A DNA stretch of 44,382 nt from Gammaproteobacteria bacterium RIFCSPHIGHO2_02_FULL_42_13. Lineage in GTDB: Bacteria > Pseudomonadota > Gammaproteobacteria > UBA12402. The DNA is taken from assembly GCA_001801405.1 (NCBI GenBank), contig MGXQ01000064.1, forward strand, positions 3,066 through 47,447. The letters run 5' to 3'. The translations under genes and the position numbers were made by a program. Of the stretch, positions 44,016 through 44,382 are shown one piece after another. The notes beneath the pieces were generated by a model. The model ran no database searches and had not been told where the DNA came from. It saw only the letters and a list, made by a program, of their open reading frames with translations. The stretch's first letter is position 1. The number at the start of each line of letters is the position of its first letter.

Positions 44016-44382
44016 TTACAAGATCTCAGGTTTTTTTAAACATGCGTAATAAAACCCATCAGAACCGCCAACGGTCGGCAAAAGCTGTTGTTCATGTGCT
44101 AGCACATGAACATCGAGTTGGTTTTGATGCAAAAATTTTTGAATCACCTGTTGATTCTCTTCCGCTAAAACTGAACAAGTTGAGTACAGCAACTTTCCAC
44201 CTGGCTTTAGTAACAACCATAACGATTGCAAGAGCTGTAACTGTGTCTGCGCTAATGCTGCAATATCTTCTTCACAACGTAAAAATTTGATATCGGGATG
44301 TCGGCGAATCACGCCTGTCGCGGAACAAGGTGCATCCAACAAAATGCGATCAAACACTTTCCCATCCCACCAACCTGCCGGC
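44016..44382 (-). CDS. rsmB: 16S rRNA (cytosine967-C5)-methyltransferase, C-terminal part (truncated by the window edge)
   Basis: Has [17 protein letters not shown] and LLYSTCS motifs. The reading frame stays open to position 44382. Confidence 0.8.
   Translation of the reverse strand, partial: PAGWWDGKVFDRILLDAPCSATGVIRRHPDIKFLRCEEDIAALAQTQLQLLQSLWLLLKPGGKLLYSTCSVLAEENQQVIQKFLHQNQLDVHVLAHEQQLLPTVGGSDGFYYACLKKPEIL

Overview
The window looks like a gene-dense chromosomal segment of an AT-rich gammaproteobacterium, probably an intracellular Legionellales-type organism. That placement is an inference from ankyrin-repeat ORFs, a Com1/DsbA2-like oxidoreductase and gammaproteobacterial synteny (dut-algC, radC-rpmBG...coaD, dprA-smg-topA, glyQS-gmhB). 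Most genes are housekeeping: birA, dapF, a CBS/CysK-like enzyme, tolC, tRNA-Val, algC, dut, radC, rpmB/G, coaD, a malic enzyme, pckA, topA, smg, dprA, groESL, glyQS, gmhB, guaC and a partial rsmB. Three accessory layers stand out. (1) A complete group-3b-like [NiFe] hydrogenase operon sits on the minus strand at 16025-23429: hypA, hypB, beta, gamma, small and large subunits, and an endopeptidase. Its last two genes are an unusual HypC::HydE-like radical-SAM fusion and a ferritin/rubrerythrin-like protein. No hypD/E/F is present in the window. (2) Orphan effector-like ORFs include two ankyrin proteins, a 539-aa ORF and a gene interrupted at a C8 tract. Two of them lie directly downstream of near-identical copies of a 173-bp MITE with perfect 8-bp target-site duplications. 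(3) Intergenic DNA is densely colonised by at least four palindromic repeat families. The dominant family is built on CAGCTC[T/A]GAGCTG, in 7 clusters. It forms about 170-bp inverted copies bracketing 6 kb, direct doublets bracketing an orphan-gene cassette, and an array inside the hydrogenase operon. No rRNA, CRISPR array, transposase or integrase gene was seen.
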